Positions 1-12,438 of a stretch of 64,000 nt of DNA are shown one piece after another; the first letter of the stretch is position 1; every line of letters begins with the position of its first letter. The translations under genes and the position numbers were made by a program. The DNA lies in the NCBI RefSeq assembly GCF_006345805.1, contig NC_043005.1:28706001-28770000 (forward strand). Direction: 5' to 3'. Origin of the DNA: Octopus sinensis (taxonomy: Eukaryota). The notes beneath the pieces were generated by a model. The model saw nothing but the letters and a program-made list of their open reading frames with translations. It was not told where the DNA came from and did not search any database.

Positions 1-201
1 AGGTCTTAGCCAGAGAGCACATGTAACAACATATTGGACATTTCACTATGGCTGTTATTTATAATAAGCAATGATATATTCTAAAGAAAGGAAACCAGAC
101 TTAGAGAACTAAGATTCTGTTAAATTTGTAACATTTCAGTTTTGAAAAAGTTTTAAGAGAATTGAGTATTTATTATTATTATCATTATTTTTATTATTAT
201 T

Positions 202-1452
202 CAAATTCTGCCGAAGTTGACTTTGCCTTTCATCTTTTCAGGGTCAATTAAATGAGTACCTGTTATGCACTGGGGCTGACTAATTAACTATCCCCTTCCC
301 CAAAAATTTTCATGGCATTGTGCCTAGAGTAGAAATAATAATAATAATAATAATTATTATTATATTATTATTATTATTATTACTACTACTGGTGGCAAAC
401 TGGCGGAATCGTTAGCATGCTGAGTGGAATGCTTAGCAGTATTTCGTCTGTCCTTGCATTCAGAGTTCAAATTCCACTGAGGTCAACTTTGCTTTTCATC
501 CTTTCAGGGTCAATAAATTAAGTACCAGTTGTGTACTGGGGGTTGATTTAATCAATTTAACCCCTCACCCAAAATTCCATCCCTTGTGCCTTTAGTAGAA
601 AGGATTATCATTATTAAGGCAGCAAGCTGGCAGAAGCGTTAGCCCGCCTGGCAAAATGCTTAGTGCTATTTTGTCTGCCATTACGTTCTGAGTTCAAATT
701 CCACCGAGGTCGACTTTGCCCTTCATCCTTTCGGGGTTGATAAATTAAACACCAGTTACACACTAGGATCGATGTAATTGACTTAATCCCTTTGTCTGTC
801 CTTGTTTGTCCCCTCTATGTATAGCCCCTTATGGGCAATAAAGAAATAAGAATTGTTAGCACACCAGGCCAAATGCTTAGTGGCATCTTGCTTATCTTTA
901 CATTTCTGAGTTCAAATTCCATCAAGGTTGACTTTGCCTTTCATCCTTTCAGGATCAATGAAATAATTACCGGTTGAGAAGTGGGGTCAATGTAATTGAC
1001 CTAACCCCTTCCCCAAACATTTCAGGCCTTGTACCTATTGTTGAAAAGATTATTATTATTCTTATTATCATTATTATTATTATTATTATTATTCTACCAA
1101 GGTCAACTTTTCCTTTCATCCTTTTGGGGTCAATAAAAATAAGAACCAGTTGGGCACTGGGGTCAATGTAATCGACTCATACTCTCCCCCAAAACTGTTG
1201 CCCTTGTGGCAAAATTTGAAACCATTATTATTATTATTATTATTATGATTATTATTATTATTATTTTTGAGTTGAAATCCCACTGAGATCAACTTTCTTT
1301 CATTCTTTCAAGAGTTGATAAAATAAAGTACCAGTCAAGTACCTTTCAAGAGTTGATAAAATAAAGTGCCAGTCAAGTACCATTGGAGTCCACGTAATTG
1401 ACTGACCCACCCCCACCCCATTTAAAACTGCTGGCCTTGTCCCAAAATTTGA
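202..1452 (+). mobile_element. Tandem array of ~6 tRNA-derived SINE copies (Meta-domain-like family) separated by (ATT)n
   Basis: Repeated unit tggcagaa.cgttagc...gagttcaaattc (A/B-box-like) followed by gactttgcctttcatcctttcggggtcgataaa.taagtaccagt. Copies at ~202, 391, 617, 851, 1094 and 1268, ending mostly in ATT repeats. Confidence 0.85.
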
Positions 1453-1483
1453 AATAACTGTTACTGTTGTTGTTATTGTTTAA

Positions 1484-1928
1484 CACTTTAGCATTTAAAC
1501 AGGCCATTTCTATTCCAAATATTCTACAATCTCATTCCAAAAATAAGCAATCACATCATTGAAATCTCAAAGCTATAAGATAATCCATGATTGATTCGAA
1601 ACAATTTCTGTTTTATTAGATAAGTGACTGTGTGTCACTTTGAAAACTATATATTTCAAACAATAATTTAGCAACGCCATCTCTAGCTGAACAGTTATTC
1701 CCTGCTGATAAAGGGAAATAACCCAGAAATCGTGATACACAGATATTTTGTACTGAGTGGGGATGCTAAACTCCCTTGTTTGAAAATATAAGGACAGATT
1801 GTGTGTCATATAGCCAGCTGGAGATGATGTTTTCTGGGGTTAAATAACTATAACATTCAACTGCCACATTATGTTGGCAAATAATCTAATGTAAATCACA
1901 TTCGACAGAATAATCTGAATGCTAAAGA
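1484..1928. mobile_element. Decayed piggyBac-type MITE
   Basis: TTAA|cactttagcatt at the left and aatgctaaag at the right are imperfect inverted termini of the CCCTTTAGCATT type. The right TTAA is lost. Confidence 0.45.
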
Positions 1929-1963
1929 AAAATAATTTTAACTTTTCTTCATTGATATTTCAG

Positions 1964-2129
1964 TTGGGGCTCTGGAGCTAATCCATGGGGCCCTGAAAAA
2001 GAAGATTCTTTTAACAAACCCACCCACTATGATGGCATGTTGGAAGTTGTTGGTGTGACAGGTGTGGTACATATGGGTCAGATACAGAGTGGACTACGCA
2101 ATGGCATCAGAATTGCTCAGGGCGGACAT
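1964..2129 (+). CDS. DGKQ: Diacylglycerol kinase theta, internal exon (accessory part of catalytic domain)
   Basis: Acceptor ttttcttcattgatatttcag and donor cat|gtaagt. Encodes WGSGANPWGPEKEDSFNKPTHYDGMLEVVGVTGVVHMGQIQSGLRNGIRIAQGGH, matching the DAGK accessory-domain motifs (DGxLEVVG, RIAQG) of DGK-theta. Confidence 0.93.
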
Positions 2130-2363
2130 GTAAGTTCTTGGATTTGTCTACCTGCACTTACATACACATATAAATGTATTCATGCACACACTTGTTACCA
2201 CATTGACACACATACACATCTAAGATTATTCTAAATATATATATATATGTTTGTGTTTAATATTCACAAGTATAGCCAAAGACAAGAAGATGAATAGAAT
2301 CTACCACACTCTCAGTCACTCTCTCTTTCTTTCTTTATATATTTGTATGTGTGTGTGTGTGTG

Positions 2364-2417
<54 letters not shown>

Positions 2418-2435
2418 ATAATATATATATATATA

Positions 2436-5292
2436 CTAACTTCAGGAAACCTGCCAGTCACCTGTTCACCTACCAACCTGGTGGGTACACTAGTCAGATT
2501 GACTATATTCACACCAGTAAACAAGAAAGATAGCTACTTATAAATGCCAAAGCTTCCTTAAGTGAAGAATGCACCCCACAACATAGGTTAGTAGTTACCA
2601 ACTTCAGGATAAGGGCTAAATGGTTGCCCAGAAGACAACCAGCATGGACAGAGATTTAGAGACGTATTACTTGAAGTTTTTGATGAAAAAGAGGAGGATA
2701 TAGCATTACATAATGTGGAAGACAAATAGACGTTCCTATGGGACAATCTGTTGAGGGTTACTGTGGCTGGTGCAAAGTCCCCTCTTGACCTAACGTAACA
2801 TGGTGGTGGAACAATGTAGTTGACAGGACCATTAGGAAAAAGAAACAAGCATGGAAGGACTGGAAGTGTGGTGGTAGCAGGGTACTGTATCAGAACGCCA
2901 GAAGGGAAGCTAGGAGACAGGTTTACTTAACCACAGGGGAAGCAGATAAGAAAAAATTTGCCAATGTTCTGCATCATTATGACCAGAGACTTGAAATGTT
3001 TCAAATTGCAAGACCGGGTGTGAGAGAGAATTGCGATGTCATGGGAGAGAAATGTGTCCACATGGATGATGGCTCACTTGCATTTAATGATGCTGCAAAG
3101 AGAGAGACTTGGAGATGCCACTATCAAAGGTTGCTAAATCAAGAGAATGAATGGGAGAAAGAGAGTCTGCCAAATGTTGACCCAACAGAGAGACCAGCTA
3201 TTCAAATTGACAGTACTTTAGTAGATAAAGCAATTAAGAGTATGAAGACAGGGAAAGCCCCCGGCCCATCAGGAATCACTGCTGAGACGCTTAAAATATC
3301 TCATGATGTGGGCTATAGTCTAGTCACACATATGGTTAAACAGGTGATATACGAAGGAGTCATACCCAATGACTGGTGTAGCAGCACCATAGTCAACTGC
3401 TACAGAGGTAAAGGTGATGCATTAGATAGAAATAATTACAGAGGTATCAAGTTATAGATCAGGTGATGAAAGTCAGAGAGGGTCATAGCCCAACTAATTA
3501 GGGAGAGAGTTAGTTTAGATGAGATGCAGTTTGGGTTTGTACCAGAGAGAAGCACCACTGATGCTATATTTCTGGTAAGATAGCTGCAGAAGAAGTTCCT
3601 AGCCAAAGATAAATCTCTGTCCTTGGCTTTTGTTGACCTGAAGAAAGTCTTAGACAGGGTTCCCCATTCCCTTATTTGGTGGTCAATGAGGAAACTAGGG
3701 CTAGATGAATGGTTGGTGAGAGCTTCACAAGCCATGTACAGAGATACTGTCAGTAAGGTAAGGGTTGGAAACAAGTATAGCGAAGAATTCCTGATAGAAA
3801 TTGGGGTTCACCAAAGATCAGTCCTCAGCCCCCTCTTGTTCATCATAGTCCTCCAGGTAATAACAGGAATTCAAGACAGGCTACCCCTGGGAGCTCCTGT
3901 ATGCTGATGACCTTACTCTAATAGCTGAGTCACTACCAGAACTAGAGAAGAAGTTTCAGGTGTGGAAGCAAGGTCTAGAGTCAAAGGGCCTGAGAGTTAA
4001 CCTAGCAAAAACCAAAGTTTTAGTAAGTAGGAAGCAGAATAAATCACAAATCCCTTCAGGTAGATGGCTGTGCTCAATCTGTACAAACTCCATAAGATGT
4101 ACTCAGTGTAAGCCTTAGACACATAAGAGGTGCAGCAATATCAAAGGATGGTTAACTGGGGAGATAGATTTAGTGTGTGGCAAATGCTCAGGGGCAATAA
4201 ACACTGAAAATGTACAGAAAACAGATTCCATCACATTCCAGAGGGAAAAACTAGAAGTAGTTGATAGCTTCCACTACATAGGTGACCAAGTCAGTAGTTG
4301 GGGTAGATGAGAGAATAGCTGCTAGAATAAGAATAGCCTGGGCAAAATTCAGAGAGCTCCTCCTCTGCTGGTAACAAAGGGCCTCTCAGTCAGAGTGAAA
4401 GGTAGACTGGTGCCTGTACGAGAAAAATCATGCTACACAGCAGTGAAACATGGGCTGTGACTGCTGAGGACATGTTGACTTGAAAAAAATGAAGCTAGTA
4501 TGCTCTGCTGGATGTGTAATATCAGTGTGCATACATGACAGAGTGTAAGCGCCCTGAGAGAAAAGTTGGACATATGAAGCATCAGATATAGTGTACAAAA
4601 GAGATGACTGTGCTGGAATGGTCATGTGATGTGTATGGATAAAGACAGCTGTGTGAAGAAGTGTCACACGCTAACAGAGGAGGGAACCTGTGGAAGAGGT
4701 AGACCCAGGAATACATGGGATGAGGTGGTGAAGCACAATCTTTAAATGTGGGGCTTCACAAAGGCAATGACAAGTGACCGACCTTTAGAGATATGCTGTA
4801 CTTAAGAAGACCCAGCAAGCCAAGTAAGATCATAGTCGTGGCCAATGTCACTGTCACATAACTGGCCCATTTAAAAGCACCCTTCAATCGCCAGGCGATA
4901 TGCTGTGTTTGTGAAGACCTATTGAACCAAGTGAAATCGTAGTTGTGGCTAATGCCAGTGCCACCAGACTGGCACCCATGCCAGTGGCATGTAAAAAGCA
5001 CCATTTGAGCATGGCCAGTGCCACTAGTCTGGCACCTGTGTCAGTGGCACGTAAAAAACACCATTCAAGTGTGACCAATGCCACCTAACTGGCACCCATG
5101 CTGGTGGCATGTAAAAAGCACCCACTACACTCTCAGAGTGGTTGGCATTAGGAAGGATATTCAGCTGTAGAAACCTTGCCAAATCAGATTGGAGCCTGGT
5201 GCAGCTTCCTTGCTTGCCAGTCCCCAGTCAAACCATCCAACCCATGCCAGCATGGAAAGCAAACATTAAATGATGGCAACGATGATGATGAT
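2436..5292 (+). mobile_element. 5'-truncated, decayed RTE-clade LINE (APE C-terminus, RT, PHD-like finger, repeat-containing 3' UTR, (GAT)n tail)
   Basis: TYQPGGYTSQIDYI (APE), GKAPGPSGITAE, NYRGIKL, MQFGFV, AFVDLKKVLDRVP, GVHQRSVLSPLLF and LYADDL motifs, with stops and frameshifts. Ends ...ttaaatgatggcaacgatgatgatgat. Confidence 0.93.
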
Positions 5293-5316
5293 ATGTGTAT
5301 ATATATATATATATAT

Positions 5317-5557
5317 TGTTTAACATCTGTTTTCCACACTGGCATGGGTTGGATGGTTTGACTGAGGTCTGGAGAACCAGCAGCTGCACCAAGCTCCAAT
5401 CTAATCAGGTAACGCTTCTACAGCTGGATGCCCTTCCTAATGCCAACCATTCCGAGAGTGTAGTGGGTGCTTCTTATGTGCCACTGGCATGGGAGCCAGT
5501 CAGAGGGTACTGGCATCAGCCACATTCAGATGGTGCTTTTTATATGCCACCGACACA
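5317..5557 (-). mobile_element. 3' end of the same RTE family, tail-to-tail with the preceding copy
   Basis: Reverse complement of the RTE 3' UTR (tttaacatctgttttccacactggcatgggttggatggtttgactg...cagctggatgcccttcctaatgccaacc). Confidence 0.88.
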
Positions 5558-6249
5558 ACGTATATATAAAAGTGCAGGCATGCCTGAATGGTTAAGAAGC
5601 TTGTTTTACAACCATATAGTTTCAGGGTCAATCTCAGTGTGTGTTATCTTGGGAATATGTCTTCTGTTATTGCCTAAGGCTGATCAATGCCCAGTAAGGG
5701 AAATTTGGGTCTGAATGGCTACTACATATATACAGAAAGACCAAGGAAGACTGAGTCAGAAGAAGTGAAAGCTGATCTCATTTCTTCTATGGCAGGATGC
5801 TTTTCCTCTCTAATTTACAGAGAGTTTTGGATGCCTTCCTTTTTAAGCACCAATACTTGTGAGGTTGTCTTGTGTAAGACAAAAATGTCGTCCTCACAAT
5901 TATATGCTCTGCTGTGTCTGTTCACTCTGTGCAGTGTGAACAGAAAGGTGAATGACAGATAATAATGATAGGAGAAATTAAGTTTTGTGAGTGAAGGAAA
6001 CCAGTGTATGATGGCAATGGCAGAGAGGGTGTGGGGGGGGGGAGGAGAGAAGAAACGTCAAGTGTCAGAATAGAAAAGATGATGGTTGGGTGTATGGAGT
6101 GCAAGGTGGTAGATTCTTCATCCACATGTTCCATTCATTTTGAGCAGTCTACAATTCTTTATGCAGACTATCCATAACAGCAGCCTTCTCTCTTACACAC
6201 GCACACACATTCATATATATACATATATCTATCTATCTATCTATCTATC

Positions 6250-6290
<41 letters not shown>

Positions 6291-6483
6291 ATATATATTT
6301 TTTTCCTTTTACTTACTCATTATCTGGATGTTAAACTCACCATAACCCACATATGCATACATAATCAATCTCTCTCTCTCACTCTCTCTCTCTCTCTCTC
6401 TCTCACACACCAAAAAAGACATCAAAATACAATAAAAACAAACCATTTTCTAGTTTGATGATTCAGAATTCTTTCTATTTCAG

Positions 6484-6582
6484 TTAAGAATTACACTTTT
6501 AACAGATCTACCTGTACAGGTAGATGGGGAACCTTGGATTCAACCTGCTGGCCAAGTTATGGTCTTACGCTCAGCACTCAAG
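6484..6582 (+). CDS. DGKQ: Diacylglycerol kinase theta exon (PVQVDGEPW motif)
   Basis: Acceptor ttctttctatttcag and donor aag|gtaatt. 99 nt, phase 0/0, compatible with the previous exon. Encodes LRITLLTDLPVQVDGEPWIQPAGQVMVLRSALK with the DGK signature PxQVDGEPW. Confidence 0.95.
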
Positions 6583-6614
6583 GTAATTAACTTCCTTCTA
6601 ATTAATTAGACTTA

Positions 6615-7690
6615 TGCTACCTCCATCCAGGGAGGCCTCAAAAGTATCCTGCAATGAACAGCAACCTGGACTCATTCACCAACAGAAAGATACAGTTGCT
6701 ACATATAGCTTTCAATTGAAGAGTCATGGCTAAGGAGATTCTTGCCAAGAAATCACTAGAAAATCTGGCCATAAATTGTATGGTCAGTTTGTACCTACAG
6801 GCTGTGATGCATGAAAGTAACCTCTGTGTAATTCATGGGTGTTCTGCATGCTTTTGGGTTGTTGCTGTTTTTCCTTTTTGCAATAGTTTGGTCAGGAAGA
6901 AGGAATTCTGTACTCCAAGATCATAAAGATCAACAAGGTTATTGTTCCCCATGGACTTTTTTTTTTTAAAGCTCATATCTGACAAGGAAAATATATGCAG
7001 GAAGAGAATTCCAGAAGGTTGACACTTTGTGACGAGTGTGTAGCCTTGAGTCTCATAACAGCAAAGAAAGCATTATTTATATCATTGCATCATGCCCTCA
7101 CTGAACTCAAGCCCTCACCATTATTCCAAATAATTGGAGACACTATCATCAAGGATCCATTTGGTGAAAGTACAACTTTAGCATAGCAAGAACTGCGTAC
7201 CAAAGACTCACCTGTGTCTTCACAGCCAGAAAATATTTCAACCTCCAACAGCTACTGACACTCTACAAGGTTCAAGTGAGGCTCATAATAGAGTACATCT
7301 CCCATGAGTGGCACAATGCCATTGCTATTCACACACATATTCAGGGCCACATGCTAACACGGGCTATTCAACTAAGTGGTATTCAAGCTCTAACAGACAT
7401 GTTCCAGTTAATGGCCTACTGCCACATTGTCTTCTCTCTCTGTTTTTTCTGTCACTACTATAATAGCCTCTGTTCCTCTTTTCTGGCTGGTCCATCACTC
7501 AGGCACCCACTTATTTTTCTGTTTCTTGTCACCTCCAGTATCTCTAGTCCTTTTGGCCCCACACAGACCATTATGTCAATCCGTTCTCCCCAGAACATCA
7601 ACTTTCCGAAATCTTCTACCTGCATAAAGCTTTCTTGCAGATGTTGACTGGCAACAGTTTTAAAAAGAAACATCAAGAATAACAAGCTCA
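6615..7690 (+). mobile_element. Decayed CR1/L2/Jockey-group LINE, RT C-terminal part
   Basis: SIARTAYQRL...ARKYFNLQQLLTLYKVQVRLIIEYISHEW and CHYYNSLCSS motifs typical of the CR1-group RT thumb. Interrupted around 6720-7050. Confidence 0.7.
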
Positions 7691-7974
7691 CTGCCTTTGG
7701 AGAACTTGCAAAAAACATGGACAATGTCCATTCTTCCTGACTCAACCATTAAAAAACAAAAGAGAAGTGATGTTGTTAAAGGAAATACAAATAATCTTTA
7801 TTGAAATCTTTCATACTTTACACTTTTGTTTTTCTTATTTCGGTACTCTTTCTCATATCTAAGGGCCCTTTATTTCTCAGGGTTAACCATATAATTGTCT
7901 GTATGTGCAAGCCTGGGTAAGGTCTTTGTGTATGTATGTAAGACACGCACATCTCTCCTCACTAAACATGAGCC

Positions 7975-8190
7975 CTCGCAATCTCTCCAAACGCTGGGTT
8001 TCACTATCACAAAGGATCTTTCCTCGCAAAAGCACATCCTCAGTATAGCTAGGACTGCATCTTAAAGACTGGGCCTTCCCTTCAGGGTTAGAAATATTTC
8101 ACTCCTTATCCATTGCTGACAGTTTACAAGGCTCAGGTGAGACCCATGAGAGCATACAGCCCCAACATCTTGGATGTTGCTGCTGTTACT
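7975..8190 (+). mobile_element. Second fragment of a CR1-group LINE RT
   Basis: LGFTITKDLS..KHILSIARTAS*RLG...LLTVYKAQVRP..AYSP. Confidence 0.7.
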
Positions 8191-8477
8191 TTGTAATGAT
8201 ATAGCTTGATACCAGTGCCATTCTAGGTGTTGCTGTCAGCACCAGAACGACTACTGCAAAGCATCTCATCGAATGATTTCACAGTTCTGCCAATCCACAG
8301 CCCTGGATTGCTACTTCCCTCCATTATTAGTTATTTCATTTAAAGATAGATAAAGGGTTTTGTATTGAAATCCACGTGAAATTTCCTAAATTGAAATTTC
8401 CTTCATTGTTGGAGAAGAAAAGCAAAAAGTTAATTGTTAGCATCTTTCAACATCTCTCAAACAAAATCTTTGATCTT

Positions 8478-8790
8478 CTTTAACCTGTTTGAGTCATTGG
8501 GCTGCAGCCTTGTTGGGGCACCGCCTTGAGAGGATTTTTTCAAACAAATTAACTTAGTTTAAGTCTGCTATTTATTCTATCAATCTTTTTTTGCCAAACT
8601 GATATGTTACAGAGACATAAACCAACACCAGTTATCAAGCTGTGTGTGTGAGTGATGGGCTTCCACATTGTTTTCATTTGCCAAATTCTTTCACAAGGCA
8701 TTGATGAGTTCAAGTTGAAATAGAAAACACTTGCCCAAGGCTGCTGTACAATGGGACTGAACCCAACATCACACAGCTATGCCTGCACCT
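8478..8790 (-). mobile_element. tRNA-derived CORE-like SINE (same family as 12439 and 58407)
   Basis: Reverse complement shows ggttcagtccc...gccttgggcaagtgttttcta...aaggcggtgcccca...gactcaaacagg tail. Confidence 0.75.
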
Positions 8791-9319
8791 ACAAAGTCAG
8801 TGTTAGTATAGTTGGTTTATGAAGCCTGCCTGCCTGCCTGGTCGGTTGACAGATTTTCTTTCATAGAAAAAGATTTAGGAATAATTTTTGGCTGGTATAA
8901 GTTGCCTAATTAAAGATAAATTGAGCTGAGGGAAATAATTCAAATGAGCCAATGACATAAATTTAGGTAATTAAGGGTGATGTATTGTATGCTGTACATA
9001 GGAATTATTACCCAAGGGAAATAAAACTGTCTTAATACTGTTCCCTTTCACTCTAAATACTGTGTATTTAGTAGCTTATTAATGAATTCACTAATTGTGT
9101 CTGTCAAGTTAATTATCTTACGCCTCATTAATGCTTGAACAAAACACTTTATAGTGTCAACTTAACTTAATTTTTCTCATTTGTCTTTGTCTTAAACAAT
9201 ACATATTTCTTATTTCATTTTACCATTTTTTTTTCAAAAATAAAAATTCTGCAGTGACAGCCATTTCAGAGAGAACACAATTATTCATTTACTCTGCATA
9301 TTTTTTAATATTTATATAT

Positions 9320-9608
9320 ATGCTGTGTGATTAAGAAGCTTGCTTTCCAACTATGTGGTCATGGGTTCAATTCCATTACATAGTACCTTAGGCAAATGTC
9401 TTCTGCTATAGCCCTGAGCCAATTGAAGCCTTGTGAGTGGATTTGGCAGGTGGAAACCATCATGCAAGTGATGTTGTTCATTTCCTGTCTTCCATGGCAA
9501 TAAATGTTTGTTGGCAAGAAGGGCATTCAACCATAGAAAATCTGCTCAACAAATTCTGTCTGATTCATGCAAGCTTGAAAAAAGTGGACACTAAACAATG
9601 ATGATGAC
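9320..9608 (+). mobile_element. CORE-like SINE variant with RTE-like (GAT)n tail
   Basis: SINE head (gctgtgtgattaagaagcttgc...ggttcaattcc...ttaggcaaatgtcttc) joined to aagggcattcaaccatagaaaa...catgcaagc...gtggacactaaacaatgatgatga. Confidence 0.7.
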
Positions 9609-11795
9609 TGTTATAGAAAAAGAAATGGGAGCCACCAGTTTTCTATGTGCTCAATGACTGCCACACCGATTCACTGATATAGTTATGACATAGCAATCAT
9701 GTCATCTGTCACCTCAACTATCTTTACTTCAATAGTATTGATGAAAACCCTGATATATTGATCAGGAGAGAAACTCAAAAAAATACATAGTTTTTAGTAG
9801 TAATGTGTACTTACATCACTTGGCTCTTTTTGAAGCACTTGAGGAGTGAGTTTCAGTCCTTGAGATGTTGTATCCCAGAGCAATGAGTGATCTGAGGCAG
9901 AGACAAAATGGGTCATCCTGTTCCAAGTATTTGTCATCATGATCCATTATGCTGGGCTCTAAAAGTCACCAATATATCTACCAACACTTGGAATCGTTTG
10001 ACTTTTTTGTCTGTCTCAGCATATCAAGTGAATTCCAAACACTGAAATGATGTCCTTGTACATATTCTTGCAATTTTTTGATATACCAACACCTTAAGAT
10101 TGGTGTACATTTAAAGAACCATGCCAACTTGATAGGTGTTGTTGTCCAGTTTAATAATAATGTGGGACACTGGTGGCTGTTGAACTAAGCATTGTTCTAT
10201 AGCTCATTAGCAGCTGCCAACTACATAAGATCTTTTTTGATTTTGTATATCTGCAGCACATATTCCAAATGTCTCATCTTTGATCCATTGCTTCTTTTTT
10301 TTTACTTTGGTTTACTTTTGACATGAAAATTAATGCATTCATCCAAAAAAAGCAGTCTATAGATAAGGCAGAATTTTTTATATTGAAAATGATCCTCTCA
10401 ACTACTATAGTATGCAATAATGAAATATGCTGGAAGAGCAGGGTTGGTCACTGGCTTTTTATAGGTAAGGTAGCCTATAACCAGCTGTTGTTGAAGCTAA
10501 CATTGAATATATCTGTTAGTGTTTTCTTTATCAGTCAATCTATAGTAATGAAGTGATAGATTTCCTGTTACCTTGCAGTTGGACAAAGGGGGTGTACCAA
10601 CCGACCAGTTGCTTGTCTTGGGTAGAAATCTTCCCAGGTGTGCTTCAGTCATTGATCTCTTGACAATAGCTGTGATTACAGACACACCTTACATGTCTTA
10701 TATCTGGAGTTTGAGAATAGTATCAAAGACAGTGTTGGTTGATATATGTGTTGTATGTTTGTAGATGTCTTTTTTTTTTTTAATTACATCAAATATGCTT
10801 ACTTCCCCCGCACCACACACACACACATTTCTTAAAATGTAGACTTGAACATCATCATCTGAATTTGTCAGTTTAATCTTCATTCCAAGTTGCTAGCAAA
10901 AGAAAAAAAATATACCAAACTAATCCTGAAACTTAACATCATTTTAAGACTAATTACATATGGATATGATTAAATATGTAGCAGGATGTGTAGCAAAAGG
11001 TGTTGTTTATGTAGCAGATGAAGATAGGTGTATTGAACAACATCAAAATAAAACAATGAAGAAAGCATCAGAATGTAGTCTAAATAACTTATTTGATCAA
11101 CACTTGCATTTATGTGTTAGATACACAAAGCTTGCTTTACAATATCAATGAAATTACCAACTGTTTCAAGTTGGCAAAGTAAAAAAAAACAGCAGGGGAA
11201 ATATTGTGTCAATGTGATGAAGTAGTACAGGGCATGTTTTGTGTCTATGTGCATTGGTCATTTGGTTGGGCCGTGTTGTCTTTCTGTCTTGTCTGTTTGT
11301 GTTCTGCTACTGTGTTGTGTCGTTGGCCACTGCTTCCTCATGGCCTGCCATCTAGCTCTCTCTTGACTGTTTGCCTGTTGCTAGCCATCTGTTTATCTGT
11401 CGTGTGTCTGGCTGTATTTATAATGGTCATCCTAGCAAGAAGAGCAGACATACCAAAGGAGTAATTTCTACATATGTAGGTTGCCTGCTGTCCAGTTGAA
11501 CCTTCAGTGACACAGCTCAGGTTGAAGGGTGAATGGAAATCCATCCATCACTTTTTGACAGGACAAAGAAATTTCTTTTGCACCTATTCGGCCATTGATG
11601 GATCAGCTGAGCAAGAATCCTTAGATTCAGTTTCGAATCTCAGCTCGGAAAATGAAATGTTAGATTTTACAAGTATATATTTATCTGAATGTTGACTTTT
11701 ACTTTTCTAATTATTGTTTTCTGAAATGTTTGTGCCAGTTGTAATCTTAATTCTGACATTACTAACATGGAAGTTCTGTTATGTTTCAAATTTAG

Positions 11796-11921
11796 GCCAC
11801 AATGTTAAAGAAAAGTAAGAATAAAATCAAGAGGCGAAATACAGAACCAAGTATTTTCTTCCCCGATAATGAGCAGACCAAAACTACCCACTCTCCTAAT
11901 GAGGAGAGCAGGCCACTTTAA
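11796..11921 (+). CDS. DGKQ: Diacylglycerol kinase theta, last coding exon
   Basis: Acceptor tttag, phase 0. Encodes ATMLKKSKNKIKRRNTEPSIFFPDNEQTKTTHSPNEESRPL*, giving the ALK|ATMLKK junction expected for DGK-theta. TAA at 11919-11921, with a gtatgt donor at 11926. Confidence 0.88.
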   Translation, partial: ATMLKKSKNKIKRRNTEPSIFFPDNEQTKTTHSPNEESRPL

Positions 11922-12438
11922 CAGAGTATGTACATATTTACCTCCCTTCCTTTCCAAGTTTCTTATTTGAGCTAAAAATAATCTTTACTTCTCTACATAA
12001 CACTGTTTAACTAACAACACTAATAAATAACTTAACTATCACAACACCATTTTGTGCTTGAGTGTTACTATAGCAACAGTTCTCAGCTACATCTGTGATC
12101 TGGCTACATCTTTGAGGTTGTCCTTTTTTAAGTTTGCGCAATATTGAACTCATACGACAAAGTAGAGATGCATCAATTTGTAAATTTTATCTCAAAGTTC
12201 AAAACATTATCACTTTGTCTTGGTTACTGGAATTCTTTTAAATCAGAGAGGAAAATAACCAAATAATTTGACCAATTAATGTTAAAGCTAAGTATTCCTA
12301 AACACTTGACCATCTTGTGTAGTGGTCATGTGTCCTTTAATACTTGACTAGCTGATATAATGGTCTGCAAGGACATTGCTGGCATGAGATGTCATGGTTT
12401 ATTTGTTGAGATGACCCCATATTGAAATGTGAAATAGT

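Noticed and set aside
9780-10760. Possible decayed coding or retroelement sequence on the minus strand
   Set aside because: No convincing motif could be read through the stops.
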